Shown one piece after another: positions 12,990 through 26,406 of a stretch of 64,000 nucleotides of DNA. The stretch is from assembly GCA_002633005.1 (NCBI GenBank), contig NMRA01000081.1, positions 757,501-821,500 of the forward strand. Direction: 5' to 3'. Position 1 is the first letter of the stretch. Every line of letters begins with the position of its first letter. Below the pieces are notes generated by a model, which did no database searches, was not told where the DNA came from, and saw only the letters and a program-made list of their open reading frames with translations. Source of the stretch: Phoronis australis. Lineage: Eukaryota > Animalia > Phoronida. The position numbers and the translations under genes are program-made.

Positions 12990-13860
12990 ATGGGGATCAA
13001 GATTCAAGTACTAACATGGATTAGGTATCTAGCATTGTATGAACGCAGCGGTTTGGAATGTTTCAGAGTAAAAAATATGGGTGCATTTCCAACACTGTTT
13101 TGGAGGAGGGCTGCGAAACCATTTCAAGCAAAAGATATCTATATCAGGAAAAGAGTTTTATCACAAGAGTCCATTTATGAAAAGTCAAAAGAAGAATGAG
13201 AAGGCAAGGATGAAGAATACACCGAGCGAAAAGAGTGCGAAAGGGATATAGAGACAGATTTAGCACCAGCATACAGTGCAATAAAAGAAATATGTGATGT
13301 CACACGATGCATGATTGATGTTTTGAAAACAATAAGGAAGTCAAACACCTGGGTCAAGTTCAATAGGATAGCAGATGGCACGTTCCCCTTGAGACCATAT
13401 AGCGTTCTTACTGCTTTTAGAAATGGCAGAATTATTACCCTCCACAACAACGAAACAATGAGGTACTCGAACGACATTGTTAAGTTTTGGGGGATCGGAT
13501 ACAATCTTTTCCACGGAAAAAGTTTGAGATTCATGTGAGCGTTCAAGCATTTTGGAAAGAAAGATGGCGGAGTCCCATTAGAATCAAAAATATACTTTGC
13601 CATGCCAAACATTAAGCAACTGCCTACGTCAAAAGTGGATAGGTCTATAACTCCTGGAATTATTCATGAACTTGTTGATATGGCACCCAAAGCCAGTGCG
13701 TGTCAGTTGAGCTTTGACGATAAATGTCGGGAAAACTAAAACTGGTGGAGACATTGACCTGTTTGGCTACGAAGATGAACCAAATTTGAAAGATAGACAA
13801 CAAAGACTTCAACAGGAAAATGAGAAAATATGGGAACTGAGAAATTTGGAGACCTGTAGC
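12990..13860 (+). pseudogene. Degenerate coding remnant of an unclassified DNA-transposon-like family
   Basis: Frameshifted KIWVHFQHC..., MRYSNDIVKFWGIGYNLFHGKSLRFM..YFAMP..ITPGII..GDIDLFGYEDEPNLKDRQQRL resembles repetitive uncharacterised ORFs recalled from marine invertebrate genomes. Short actgtacggactcg repeats lie upstream (12680-12750). Confidence 0.45.
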
Positions 13861-15645
13861 CAGCATGGCGTAGGGGCGGTTTGAATTTCTAGAAAGGTGG
13901 ACCTTTGATATTTTGCTAACACCAACACTATAGTTTTCGTTAAGGCCCTCAGGGCCTTATCGAAAACACAGTTTAATCATGGGGAACGGAAATTTGAATG
14001 CACGGCAATGATGGCTCTCAGTTCTATGCTTCTGGGATAAGACGGAATTCGTAATACCAGAAATGAGGATGGCGTGACGGTTGCTCGCAAAGAACGGGAC
14101 TCAAATTCAGATGTAATGTGTTCACTACTTGGAAGGTTCACTACTCCGTGACTCAGGTGTAATTGTTATAGTTTTACATACACAAATAGATGCAACTATA
14201 CCAAAAACAACCCCCCGGGTAATAAATCACGTTGTTTGGATTTCATGTGCATGCAAAATTGCCCACGTCTTTCGAATATCGTAAATGTGAGTGCGTACAT
14301 GCACTTGCGTTTCTAAAAGAATATGAAGTAGGTATATTGATTAATTATCAACCACGATGCATTCATCAAATCCATGTCAAGATCGCACCATCTCACAGTG
14401 CAAATGAAAAGTTTAAGGCAGCTGCATCTCGTTCTTACCCAAAGGAACTACTCGCCAGGGACTCACCTAGCGACCATCCTGACTGTCATTGGGATGGCCA
14501 TTTTAAAAAAATGACGGCTTTAGATGGCACGGCCAAGACAGAAAAAACCCGGTCTGTTTCAAGACAACCTTGGCGAAAACAACGGCTAAACAAAGAATTT
14601 TAGCAGTTATGATTAATTAATTTGATTGAAACCTACAATCCACTGTTTTAGTTTGATAAATATTCAGAAATAACACAACATTACAGACTATTGCCATCTA
14701 TTTTTTACTGTAAAATATCACAATGACGATCGGCAAATACTGGCAGCCATGTTTTTGGAGGAACACCTTCCTGTTCTGTGACATCAGGGTGACCTCATAC
14801 GGAGTCCTCCGCTTGACGAGTGTGGAGCAATATTGCATCCAGCGCTAACTACCAGTACACGGACACTTAATTTTTGAAATTGAAGTACACAGACCCGAAG
14901 TTCAAAGGATTTGCCGTACCTCTAATCCTAGTTGCCGATCCGGAAGTTGAAGCAGCACTCTCCAAGTGTATTTGACAGAGTAGCCAATTTGAAGTAGAAT
15001 GAAAAAATGATACCCGCCAACTGACCTGGCGTACAAATGCCATAAATGTCACTGAACATACTAACTAGATAAAACTTAGAGAAACTTAGCACAAACTTCC
15101 TTAATTTATTCACACTGTTCCCTTGCAACACGAACAAGTGAATGAAAAATTTTTGAAAAAATCTACCCAGGCCGAACTACGTATATGCGCGAGAATACAG
15201 TCACTGCAAACTTCGCACAAGATACGAAAAAATGAAATATTTCGTCTAATGTTGGTTATGTATTCAATGACTAACTTAGCATGAAAGCAAAAGCAATACT
15301 TCAACTTTTTGCTGAATACACTATGAGACTGATTTTACAAGAGTAAAAGACCTGATTTGATTTTTGGATTTAAGTCAAGTGAAAAGAGCGATATAGTAAA
15401 GACTATTGCGATATATACGAGCAGTCAAGTGATAATCCAGTGAATGGATGGGGGGCTTTTCGTGCGTGGGGGGGGTGCTTTTTAAATCTATTATTTATTC
15501 CTCATTTTGCTATATATTCAATTTCTCTCAATTTACACCATCACCAGTTTTATGACATTTTTGAAGAATCATCACCTCCAGCAATATTCTGGAAGTTGGA
15601 AATAGTAACATGGACAAATTTCATCCCCAATGTTGCACTAATTAC

Positions 15646-15747
15646 CTGGTGTGTGATGTCGGGCCTGCACTGCGACGCATCCTTCTTGAATTTCTTTAAC
15701 AAATGTTTGTGTTTATCACAGTTGAGAAGCTCAAATTGTTTTCCCAC
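15646..15747 (-). CDS. EMG1: EMG1/NEP1 coding exon 2
   Basis: VGKQFELLNCDKHKHLLKKFKKDASQCRPDITHQ (human VGKTYELLNCDKHK..RPDITHQ). tag acceptor, gtaat donor, 102 bp, phase 0-0. Confidence 0.95.
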
Positions 15748-16825
15748 CTACAAATGAATGGATAATTCAGGACTGACACTGACAGAAAAACTTTCAGGAT
15801 CTAGAAAAATCAATGGTCTTGGTAACAAGCAACAACTAAATGAAAATACAACTGTTAGCTGTTAATTAATTAGATGCTGAAATGCAATAAAAAATTAGAG
15901 TTTGTTCTGCTGTACCTGTTGACCTCTCAGCGCAATGCCAGGAGTTCAACACTGAGTTGATCCTTAAGCGGATCATATTCTGTGTCCAGGCCTAATGTAT
16001 GGTTACGCCTTACTGTGACAGTAGGCATGAAAGCCGTCATATACTCAGTATGCATGGTAATGGCAAACAAACTACTACGTTTTGGAGGACAAAAAATATT
16101 GCATGATACTAGAAACTCAAAATCATCAAGGAAGTACAAAGCCAAAAAAACTTCTTCAAAATTAATAAACTATGTATTCTGATTTATAGACTTAATTCCT
16201 TATTAATCAACTCTTAAGTTAAACCTGCACAGACACTAATCTTGTTCTTAAGTCAATAAACAATGTGATTACCGTCATTTAAAAAAAAAAAAAAACAGTG
16301 CAGGTGGTCTGATGTCATTTGCGGTGCACCAGATGTGCGCAGGCTCATGGTTGGGCCCATTGCACAAAACACCTGAGCTAAAGCATGAGAGCCCCATTAT
16401 GGCTCCTCGTGAAGAAAGTTTTCAAGTCTGCCAGTCGCCTTTAGGAAATCGGACAGACGTTTCCATTTGTTGCCACGCACTATATGTTGTAGGCATGTAA
16501 AAGTGCCATCCAGTAGGTTGCTCCTTAGCCTATAAAAAGCTGGGCAAGACTCTACCAGGTGTATTACTGTCATTTGAAGTGCGAGTACACTTTTGGACAC
16601 TATGTAATTCAACAGTCATAGTTAAAGCTTCAGATGCCTGAGTGTGAAGGCCAGTGATCAAGAAATCAAACAGAAATCAGTCTTTGCAGCATTAAGCTGC
16701 TCAATGAAAACATGTATTACAGAATGGCTATCAATTTAAAACAATTTGCCTCTGCAACATTCTTGACTAGCAAACTTTTAGCTGGTTTGTCACTGTGATG
16801 CCAAGGGGCCATGTTCCTCCTTGGC

Positions 16826-18506
16826 TAGGCTCGCCCTAGACGCTTGCCAGCTTGCCATAGGCGAATTCTGAGCGCACTGGCGATGGTTGAGCTAAGTCCA
16901 TTCGCCAAATTGGCGAATGCTTTTGCAACTTGACAAAAAAAATTAATTTCAGGAAACCTACTGGAATGTCGAATCAGTTAGCTCAAATTAAGTCGCGCTG
17001 CAAATGACTTCGATTCGAAGTTTCAAAAATAGCAAGCGAATGTTCCATTTTACAACCGCCACTCCTACTGAAATCACTCTTTTACCGAGACGAAATGTTC
17101 AACTGTTTAGGGGCAGGGGGTCAGCGCTCTTGGTAATGGCAATTTCACGCTTCATAGCGAGATCTATTGTAGGTGATGCCACTTGTCGTCTCCAACTGAC
17201 AATGTTGACCTATCTCAAACATGCAATATAAACTTGAGCTTTAAATTTATTATTTTCATATTGCATGAATCTCTCCCAATTCATTCTTTACCAAATTTCA
17301 GCGCATAATTTGTCGTGTCAAATATTGTTTGAAACTTGACACTGACAGGTTTTCCTTTCAAGTAGTAAAAGGCGCAGACGACGCCATTAACAACTTTTTG
17401 TTATCTATTTTTAAATCAAAATACATCACCTCATAACTAGTCAGCTCGCTAAATGTTGCAAGTGCAAAAACAGGACCCTCGATTATCGCAAAAGGTGCCT
17501 ATGCCTTCTGAAAGGAATTTTTTGGGGCGAGTGGAAAATTCTACCACCCGATCACCAACAATAGTACCCGCCACCCTGTTGCAAGTCCTCATAGGCTCTG
17601 CCTCAAGTAGCCAAAAGTAACATTTTGCACTCTTTCAAATTGTGACCTATGTGAATTACAAATTATGCCAACCTCGAGGGGAAATTTTGGGCCTCATGAT
17701 GGGAATTTTGCGCGATATTTCAATATCTTTCGGAGGGGAATGGGGTTGATATTCGGCCCCAAAATTAAGGGATTGAAGGCCCTGAAAAGTTATGGAAAGA
17801 CTGGGATGCCTTTGCATTTTGGCGGCAGCTAAAAGAAAGCAAGGTAAAGTAAATGTCAATTTGTTTCTTAATGAGTTTTATATTCACTATTCTGCATGAC
17901 TCAGCTTTATTTTGCAAGTCACAAGTTATGTTAACGTTTTTGGACCTAAATGTCTTGCTCATCAAAATGCCCACGTTGGCTGGCGTACACTGTACCCCCG
18001 CCATAACCCAGAGATAGGAGGAATCCCTGCACATTTTTTTAGGTCAACATCAATGAAGTGCCCAAGTGGCCAGCCTTCCCTCGCCGTAACCCGGGGATGG
18101 GGAGAACTCCAGTCCAATTTTTTTAAGGTCAACATCATTTAAATGCCCATGTGGGCGGCATACACATGTAGTAACTCGGGTATAGGGGGAACCCTGCGCA
18201 TACTTTTTAGGTCACAATGAAACCCATGTTGGCTGACATCCCCTCTTATTAGGTTGCAATATGACCTTGAAATATTGATCACTTGTTTTTTTTCTTAAGG
18301 CAAACGTTTTTCTTATAGTACACTTATGAAAAAATCCTGTGTATAACATGAAAAATAAAAAGTTTAGTCCGTGTAACTGTGTTTTTATAAATTGTGGGGG
18401 TTGGGAAAAGAGAAAGTATTTGGCTAACAATTTTTGAAAATGGCTAAAATATTTCAGATGCTTTAGCCATTTTGGCTAAAACTTTTAAAAGTCTAGCACG
18501 AGACTA
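16826..18506. mobile_element. hAT-like non-autonomous element; partial paralog at 50803-51720
   Basis: Termini taggctcgccctagac / gtctagcacgagacta. Flanks tccttggc / gctttgga may be a decayed 8-bp TSD. Colinear similarity to 50803-51720. Internal ~80-bp repeats (ttttaggtcaacatc) at 17960-18250. Confidence 0.65.
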
Positions 18507-19543
18507 GCTTTGGAATGCTTAACTCAGACACGACTGAACAAATGCAAGTCACAATCTTCAGTCTAACGCCCACATTGTAATTTAAATATTATGATTTTTA
18601 CTAAAATCATTACACAACTAAGATCTAATTATTTACATCCACAAGTAGAATTTAACTGAAAACACGAAACCCAGTGAACTCACCTTCAGGACTTAGCTGA
18701 ACATTATGATTGAGAGTACTGCGTCATTCTCATCATGTTCAACACTAATCCTGGTGAGAACATATTAAGGCTTTAGGACCCCAAAGATGTCCTTAATTGC
18801 GTAACTTCAGAACAACAGATCTCTTAACTGTTGGTTCAGATTCAATCACATCAAAAAACTTTAACACTTGCATGAAACAAAAAGCGAAATGATTACTTAG
18901 AAAACTAAAGAATCAATTTTGAGATTTCATTTTGAACAAAATGAAATGTGGTCATGTCGATTGATTCCGTTATTTTGCTATCAATAAACCTCTCTCTTTT
19001 AGTTAAATTTTACTTAAAGGACAGGATCACATGACTCAATCAATGGTAAAATGCCAACCATATTGACTGAGCACTGGTTGGAGGATACAGCAGTCCTTGA
19101 TTAAGAGAACGGGCAACCGTTGAAAGATTGGCAGTTATTCAGGCAATGAAGGCTAGTTCTCTATATCAGGGACCACTACATATGATCAGGGGCATTCCAT
19201 TGACTGCATGACTGTACTCATAAATCTAAGTCTAAGTTAGTGCACAGGCACTCTCATCTGCCACTCGCCGTTATACTAATAATATATTATAGTGTCACAA
19301 CTAGAGGCCTGTTTACATGAACATTTTAGTCGTCCTTTTGCCTTTCTATTTTAATCAACATCTTTTTACTGCAGGTGGTCTGGTAGCCTCGTACACGTTG
19401 TATGCTAATGAAAAATTATTATTTCAGGACTAGAGGCAAGGGGGGTTACTCTACAGACACACGGGAGCAATGAAATGCCCTCAGGCCTCACTTGCTAACA
19501 GAGGGCACATGTAAACAGTCATAGATTACCGTTTAAAAGTTAA

Positions 19544-20875
19544 AGGCGAAGGCAACCTTTTTCCATGTCACTTTTAACAAAAATAAGGTTCGTTGATTAT
19601 CCCAGACACATTTTTCACTTAATTACAGCTTTTCGTAATTTGATTAATTTCTCGTCCTCTACTCCAGAAGTGACGTTTTGGGAGGCAAGAGTTTCACGCC
19701 AAATTTCTTTTCATTATAGCCTGAGTGTGAGAGCTGACGAGTCAGTCATTGTTCTACCTCGTTTGTGATAAGTTCGGTCGTCGTTTGCTTTTGTTTACAA
19801 GTCAGTCAACATGCCACGTTGTTGCTGCCTGCCGGGATGTACTCATTATCGTCTCACACGTGCTTTGGGTACCTTGCGTCGCTTTCTGAAGGATGACACA
19901 CTTCGCCGCACTTGGCTAACTCGTTCATGTGAAGAACGCAGCGCTACCCGTCCACGCAACGCACAAAGCAATGGAGGGTTACCGAGTGTGTGGCAAGCAT
20001 TTTCTGCGGTCAGATTATGACAGATATGTACGCTGAATTGATGAAGGTCCCTGCGAAACAACGCCTGAAGAAGGGTACCATACCGTCGCTGTTGATTCCC
20101 GGCAGTGCCCCGTCGCCAACACCGAGAAGTGCGTTTTTGAAGCGAGAAGCCTCGCGAGCTGTGGCCACTATATACAGTGACTGGAGGCACTTCATCTATT
20201 GTCACCCGTGCCTCCGAACGTACCACATTGCGTGCAATTCCGGGAACTAGCAGTGATTCGCCCTGTGCTGTTGTCTCTAGCCCAGAGCCTGCAAGCAGCC
20301 CTGCAGCGATGTTGAGTAGTGGGAGTGAATACAGGCCCAGTTGGACACCTAGTGAAGAGGACAGTTCGTCATCCAATGAACAGATCGGTGAGCCTAAGTT
20401 TGATAAGTTTATTGTGGACTTGTATTGGAGCTATTTGGAAGGTGCCAGGTGTGTGGCGAGCGAGTCATATGACGGGATGTATGCAGTTTGGGTGCTCAGA
20501 TCACCCTCCAGCGAGTGTGTGTCGCGGGACACTCGGGCAAGTGGGACAGTTCTTCCTCTGTACGTGAGACGATAATGAGTACACCCTTGTACGCAGGAAC
20601 AGTGTGGCATGTTGACTGACTCGTAAGCAAAAGCAAACGACGACCGAACTTATCACAACCGAGGTAGAACAATGACTGAATCGACTGCTCTCACAGTCAG
20701 ACTATATGAAAAGAAATTGGCGCGAAATTCTTGTCTCCCAAAACATCACTTCCGGAGTAGATGACGAATAATTAATTAAATTACGAAAAGCAGTAAATAA
20801 GTGAAAAATATGTCTGGGATAATCAACGAACCTTATTTTTGCTAAAAATGACATGAAAAAAGGTTGCCTTCGCCT
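19544..20875. mobile_element. Kolobok-like non-autonomous DNA transposon: TTAA TSD, ~320-bp TIRs, THAP-domain remnant
   Basis: TTAA|aggcgaaggcaacctttt...aaaaggttgccttcgcct|TTAA. Internal MPRCCCLPGC..RRTWL..RVCGKHF..RLKKGTIPSL is a frameshifted THAP C2CH domain. Confidence 0.85.
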
Positions 20876-21017
20876 TTAAATGTCTGGTTTTTGAGCAACA
20901 TTGAACGGTGGACAGTCTATTAGTCCGGAAGCCAAATGTTGTTTTTTTCACTTAGCTGGATTTCTTTGCTGCTTCATGTAGCCTAGGCATAGTTAATCAT
21001 GATTTAGGGGGGTGACC

Positions 21018-21092
21018 GTGAAAAATATGTCTGGGATAATCAACGAACCTTATTTTTGCTAAAAATGACATGAAAAAAGGTTGCCCTCGCCT
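21018..21092. repeat. Solo duplicate of the right terminus of the Kolobok-like element
   Basis: gtgaaaaatatgtctggg...ttgccctcgcct+ttaa is near-identical to 20801-20879. Confidence 0.85.
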
Positions 21093-21579
21093 TTAACATA
21101 AAAATAGTGAATAGCATAAAAAACTCCATGTGTATATGCTAATGCATAACAGGAACTATATGACAATACTATTTTAACATAATCTACACCACACATAGTG
21201 GAGTTGTATTCATTAACATCATGCAGTGTTATTCCCAAGCACCACGTAATGATACTTACTGGACACAATTCAGCCATTTGTGGCAGATCATTTTTTGCCA
21301 TAAAACTCGAGTGGCAGAATGTGTTATTGTATTTTAGCATCTTTTGATTTAGTCATTGTATTACACAATGGTCACTCGTTGTTTATTGCCACTTACTCAG
21401 AGAAGAAGATTTAGCAATTCTTCCCATAGCTGTTCATGCACATAGTGCATTCCTTATTTGTACATCTTATTTGATTGGTTAATTCTTGTATTCCTAGTCA
21501 CTATTTCTATCTCATACAATAGTTGTTTTTACACACTGAGAGTTGTTCACCTCTGCATATGTAGCTGAACTGCATTTCC

Positions 21580-21735
21580 CAGTGGCAAATTTAGAGGGGG
21601 GCCAAGGCTTCCCTCCCCCCCTAGAATTCTCCCAGATTTCATTTGGCAGTTCGGGGGTGTGAATGTCTGACGGGCAAAATCCTGGCTAATGCTCTGGCCT
21701 GGCCCCCCTAGCTCAAAATCCTGGATCCGCCCCTG
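21580..21735. mobile_element. Short hAT-like MITE (CAG...CTG ends)
   Basis: cagtggcaaatttagagggg ... aaatcctggatccgcccctg. A similar decayed relic lies at ~41320-41452. Confidence 0.5.
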
Positions 21736-22302
21736 TTTCCCCCACACGCCACAACTAGTTCTTAAATACATTTGGCAATGTTCAACCAACTTCATATTCA
21801 CATCATCGCTATATGTTGTGTTTTGGTAATTGTTAAAAATAAAATACGACAATATTGACCATCACACATGATTTTGGAATCGTTCGATTCCTCGCAACAT
21901 TGTCTTCCCAAAAATAAATGATAATGTCTCCTACTCAATTCACTTAGTATTTTAACGTCAAAGTTCTGCTCGCAGTATTTTAGTGATATCACTATGTCGA
22001 ATGGAAGGAGTCATCTGGCAACCAAAAACTACCGTCATATATTCTGCAGAGCACCACTCTTCATAAGTTTAAACTGACTGAGAAAGGGTGAACTGTTGTC
22101 CCTTGTTGCTCAATGTTATCTCAGGAAAACTTTAGGAGGAATCTCGCAGTCAAAATTGATCGGATGATATTAATTAGCAACAAGTGTCACTGTAATCTTC
22201 ATTTGGTGGTGTCAACCAGCAAACAGAAATTTGACGATAAAATAGTGAAGAAATGCGGTGGGGGACATATTCATATATTTTTGGAATGAGAATGACAGGC
22301 AG

Positions 22303-22795
22303 CAGGCCTTTATCCAGGATTTCGAAAATAGAGTGTCCAAAATGGGGTTCCTATTATTCCAGGGCATCCATGATTCCGACGCGTAACCCCCCACCCCCAG
22401 CAATCCCCCCAAACACATAGATTCTTTTACAAAAATATCTATAGACCAACCGGTTTTTACATCTAAGTTTACAAAACAGCCTTCTGTAGTGAGCATTTTA
22501 CTAAAAAAACACTTTAGACCAAGACTTCTACAATGCTATCAACCAAGGGTGAGCATAGCAACATTGTATATACTTTGTATATACATTGTATATTTCTTCC
22601 TGCTTTGAAAAAAGAGCCCCCACTGTGAGCCTTCAGAGGCTTCCTATTATTCATTACAATGTGTGAGTCCAAAATTGAAAGGTTCCTATTGACAGTGGGT
22701 GTCCAAATGATACATTGGGTGTCATTGCCAGGGTGTCCAGATTGGTGCTAAGGCCTCCCTTTGGACACCCAGGACATACGCTGCATAAAGGCCTG
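22303..22795. mobile_element. hAT-like MITE with 8-bp TSD
   Basis: TIR caggcctttatccag / ctgcataaaggcctg. Flanks acaggcag / ataggcag match at 7 of 8 positions. Confidence 0.8.
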
Positions 22796-25700
22796 ATAGG
22801 CAGAATCGAACAATACCAAAATCATGTGTGCAGGTCAGTGTCATCATATTGTAAACAACTGCCCATGTGTCCAACTAATTTGGTCGAGGAAACACAGAGA
22901 TCAGGAATTATCCTGCAAGTTCCACTTTAAGGTGCCTGAGCAATTGGCTGTTGAGTGTGGACCACCTGACCACAGGCACAGATACTCAACACGTCACCCC
23001 TCACGGTTGTCCGGCTAGGGGCTACAATACTACTCATCGCTTTCTGTAAGAATTTCGTCCCATGTATTTTAAACGGGCGGTAGGCCAAATCTGGTCACTG
23101 ATTGAGAGTTTTCACTTTGTCAAAAATATATTCTATACTTAAAACTATGACTTAAAAAGCGCTTACTTTCTTCAGTGGTCCTTTCTACTTGTACACATAT
23201 CTTCGATGAAGTATAGCTAAGACAATTAAGGTAACTTTGGTAAGAATTCGAACTTCACTTTTTGGTCATTGTTCACTTTTTTACCACATGCGCAATAACC
23301 ACAAAGTACTGTAACTGAGTCACGTGAGTTAGGCAAAGGCTACCGCAAGACTGAGCGAAGCGCGTGACGATGGCCAGCGTGACACTTGCAAAATAGCACG
23401 GGAAGGTATCAGGTGAAATTTGTAAGATTTGTGTCCCTTGGACATTTATTTGTCAACATGCATGATTTCACGTAACTTCCTCAAAATGGCACCAGGTAAG
23501 AGAAACTCAAGCAAACTGTGATAGATTTTCATCCATTTGTTCAAATTATCTTGTCTGAATCGTTTCCAAACTTATGTGTTAATTATAACTCCATGTATAC
23601 ATGTATGTTTCATTTGATTTTATTTCCAGTATTTTGAAATTCGTAACTTTTTGTGGGGATATAGTATCGCCCCTGTGTGCCTGCAGAATCCAGGGCGATG
23701 TAATTGCCTAAGGCACAGGCTACTACTGACTAGTGAGTAGTGACTATGTGTAGCGAGGACAACATACGTCAGAAAATCGCTTCGCGTATCTGTCACCGTG
23801 TAAAATTTGCACATTAAAATCGGCAAAAAATCACTCAAAAATGCAATAAATGTGAATAAAAATTACTTCAAAGTATGAAATAAGACGTTATTTTACTGAA
23901 ATGTTAGTTTTTTTTCGTCGCAAAATCCGTTTAATGATACTTTGCACGAGTTTTTTGCAGCGACGTGACCGACATTTCAAAGCAAAATGGCCGCCGGTAA
24001 AAACAACTGGTATTTGTTTTTCAACTCAGGAGAAGACTAAACTCTCGAATTTTGGCGTGAAACTTCGTGAACATGTAGAAGAAACCCTTGCGCACGTTAG
24101 TACGTAAGTATTTTTCACTTTCGTTGACTTAAAAGTTGAAAAAGTTGCCAGTTCCCGCGACCTTCAACTTTGACCTGAATTAATTAATACATTTCCTCAT
24201 TTGCGCACATAATGAATCCTATTGCGCACTAAAGGGTTCATTAATGAACTATTTCAAACACTTGTTGCAAACGGGCCCTTCGTCGATTTCTGACAATCGG
24301 GCGTATTTCTGACTCACTTCGTAGTTCCGGGTACTGCCGCTAGGGGTGCTCCTTCGAACCGCGGCGAATTTTTGGTTCCCAAACCAAAGCATTTCAACTT
24401 TTCCCGTTGAAAAGTTAATGTAAAAGAGACACAAAAAGTAATTTGTCGTTGTGAGAACAATGATTCTCTCATTTAAGGTTCTTTTCTTCCTATTTTTGCC
24501 TCACATTTTTGTAGGTCAGGCCACTAACCTGACTTGTTGCCAGACAGGACCACCCATACTGGCCAAGACAGTTTAGCCAGCATATGTCAAGATAGAAAAT
24601 GAAAACATTTTAATTTTAGAGTAAACAAATATTACAACTGAGTATTTCTACTCCAGTGCTGTGTTTTCAACCAAAACTTTATGTTTACTACCATGAAAAA
24701 CTATACATGCTATCAATATTTTTTTTCTACCATGAATTTAGTTTTTACAAATTTAAATAATTCAGAGGTTCGTCTAGATTGTTATATATCTCAGCCTGGC
24801 TTATATCTTTCAGGTAACCTTTGTTGGAAATTGCTGTGGACCAAACCAGTTGTTATTTTCTTCATCATTTTTTCTTATACTTTCATTCCTATTTGTCAGT
24901 TTACTATAATACATATCATCATGTCTCGCATTTCTGTCTCATCACTCTGCCTTTAGCTCTTGGTCCAGACCCTTCTTCTTTCCTGCTTCTACCGATTCTA
25001 CTTGCAGTCAACAAGTGAGTTTGGCTCAATACCCACTACAATGAAGATGAGGCTGTGCGCACCTTTCGGGTGATGGACAATTTTGGCGGTCAAGAGGACC
25101 TCGAAGTGCTGGAGTGCTCCATATTGTGTATATTCCACTGACTTAACAGCCCCCTTCCTTGAGGATGATACAACTCTGTGAAGTACTCCACTGACTTACT
25201 GAAAGTGTTTGGCCCCCCTTCCTTGAGGATGCCATAAGTCTGTAAGGCACTCCACTTACTTTCGATAGTCAGTGAAAGGGTTTGGCCCCTTGAAGAGGCC
25301 ACACTGTCAATAATCAGTGAAAAGGTTTGACCTTCCTTCCTTGAGGATGCCTTGAGAACTTTATTTATCTGTCCATCATACATACCTTTATGGGTTCATA
25401 TCAAGACAACTTTGGAAATAAATATTGCAGTTGTCGTTTGCACAGCATGAACTTTCCTGCATGGCTCAAGACGAGGTCTACATTTTGTTACATTGTTGTG
25501 GAAAGTATGTTTACTTTCTATCTACTGTATGAAGCTTGTATTAAAATTTTTGTTTATCATACTTTTCATCAATACATATTTGAAATGATGTTGTTTATCT
25601 TTAATTTTTTTTAAAGTAATGCATTTTGACAAAGTTAAGTCAGTCACAAACTGCATGTCAACAAAAAAGTCACAAAATAATATCAATAATTTGCCCAACC

Positions 25701-26277
25701 AATTATCAGATTTCAACTTCCCTGATGAAAAATCTTGAAATGATACTAGCTTATTTTTTTTCCTTGAGTAATTGTTATTCTATGCCAATTTGAAACGACA
25801 AAATTGTACGTACTGACTTTTCTTCGTCGGCTTTGTTGACTCTAAGGTCAATATCTTCGCATAGGAATGTCCAATCGGAATGTTCTTTTTTGCAAATTAT
25901 TCATCATAAAATTTTCTTTGAAATGATGTATAACATGTCTGTCTAGGTTACGTAGATTTGTAACCATAATATTTCAAACTCACAAATTTGATTTGACAGA
26001 ATTTTTACCAAAAAAATTGACACAAAAACACCATTTTCTCCGGAACCGTAAGTCCGATTTAAAAATTTTTTGCACCGTTCTTTTAGTCTCGTAGAGAGGT
26101 TTCTCGTGATGTATATTACATGCACATTTTCAAAAATTTTTGAAAAATGCTGTCCTCGCTACTATGTGTGCCTGTGTGGCCAGTGGCACACGCCAGTGGC
26201 AGTGGCAGTGGCAGTGTAAACGTTAATAAACATAGACCGACACAAATTCATCTCTCTTTGCCTATGTTGCAGGTTAC

Positions 26278-26406
26278 CTTTACAGTCTCTAACGATGCGT
26301 TTTCGAGGATAACAATTAAACGTTTTTCTTGGTCTTTTTCATGTAGCGTTCTCAGGTGGTTTGGCGACTTGTGTTTGTGCAATGCCTGATTCGAGGGCGC
26401 CGCCAT
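26278..26406 (-). CDS. EMG1: EMG1/NEP1 coding exon 1
   Basis: aaaATGGCGGCG start; MAAPSNQALHKHKSPNHLRTLHEKDQEKRLIVILENASLETVK; donor gtaacc. Joins exon 2 in phase 0 to give the conserved LETVK|VGK. Confidence 0.93.

Noticed and set aside
14230-15240. Possible transposase remnant (HWDG, ICARIQS)
   Set aside because: Too degenerate, with no termini or continuous frame to support a call.
23000-26170. Probable further MITE relics (23000-24165, 25600-26170) and ccttccttgaggatg repeats at 25150-25360
   Set aside because: Repeat-like texture, but paired termini and TSDs could not be established by eye.
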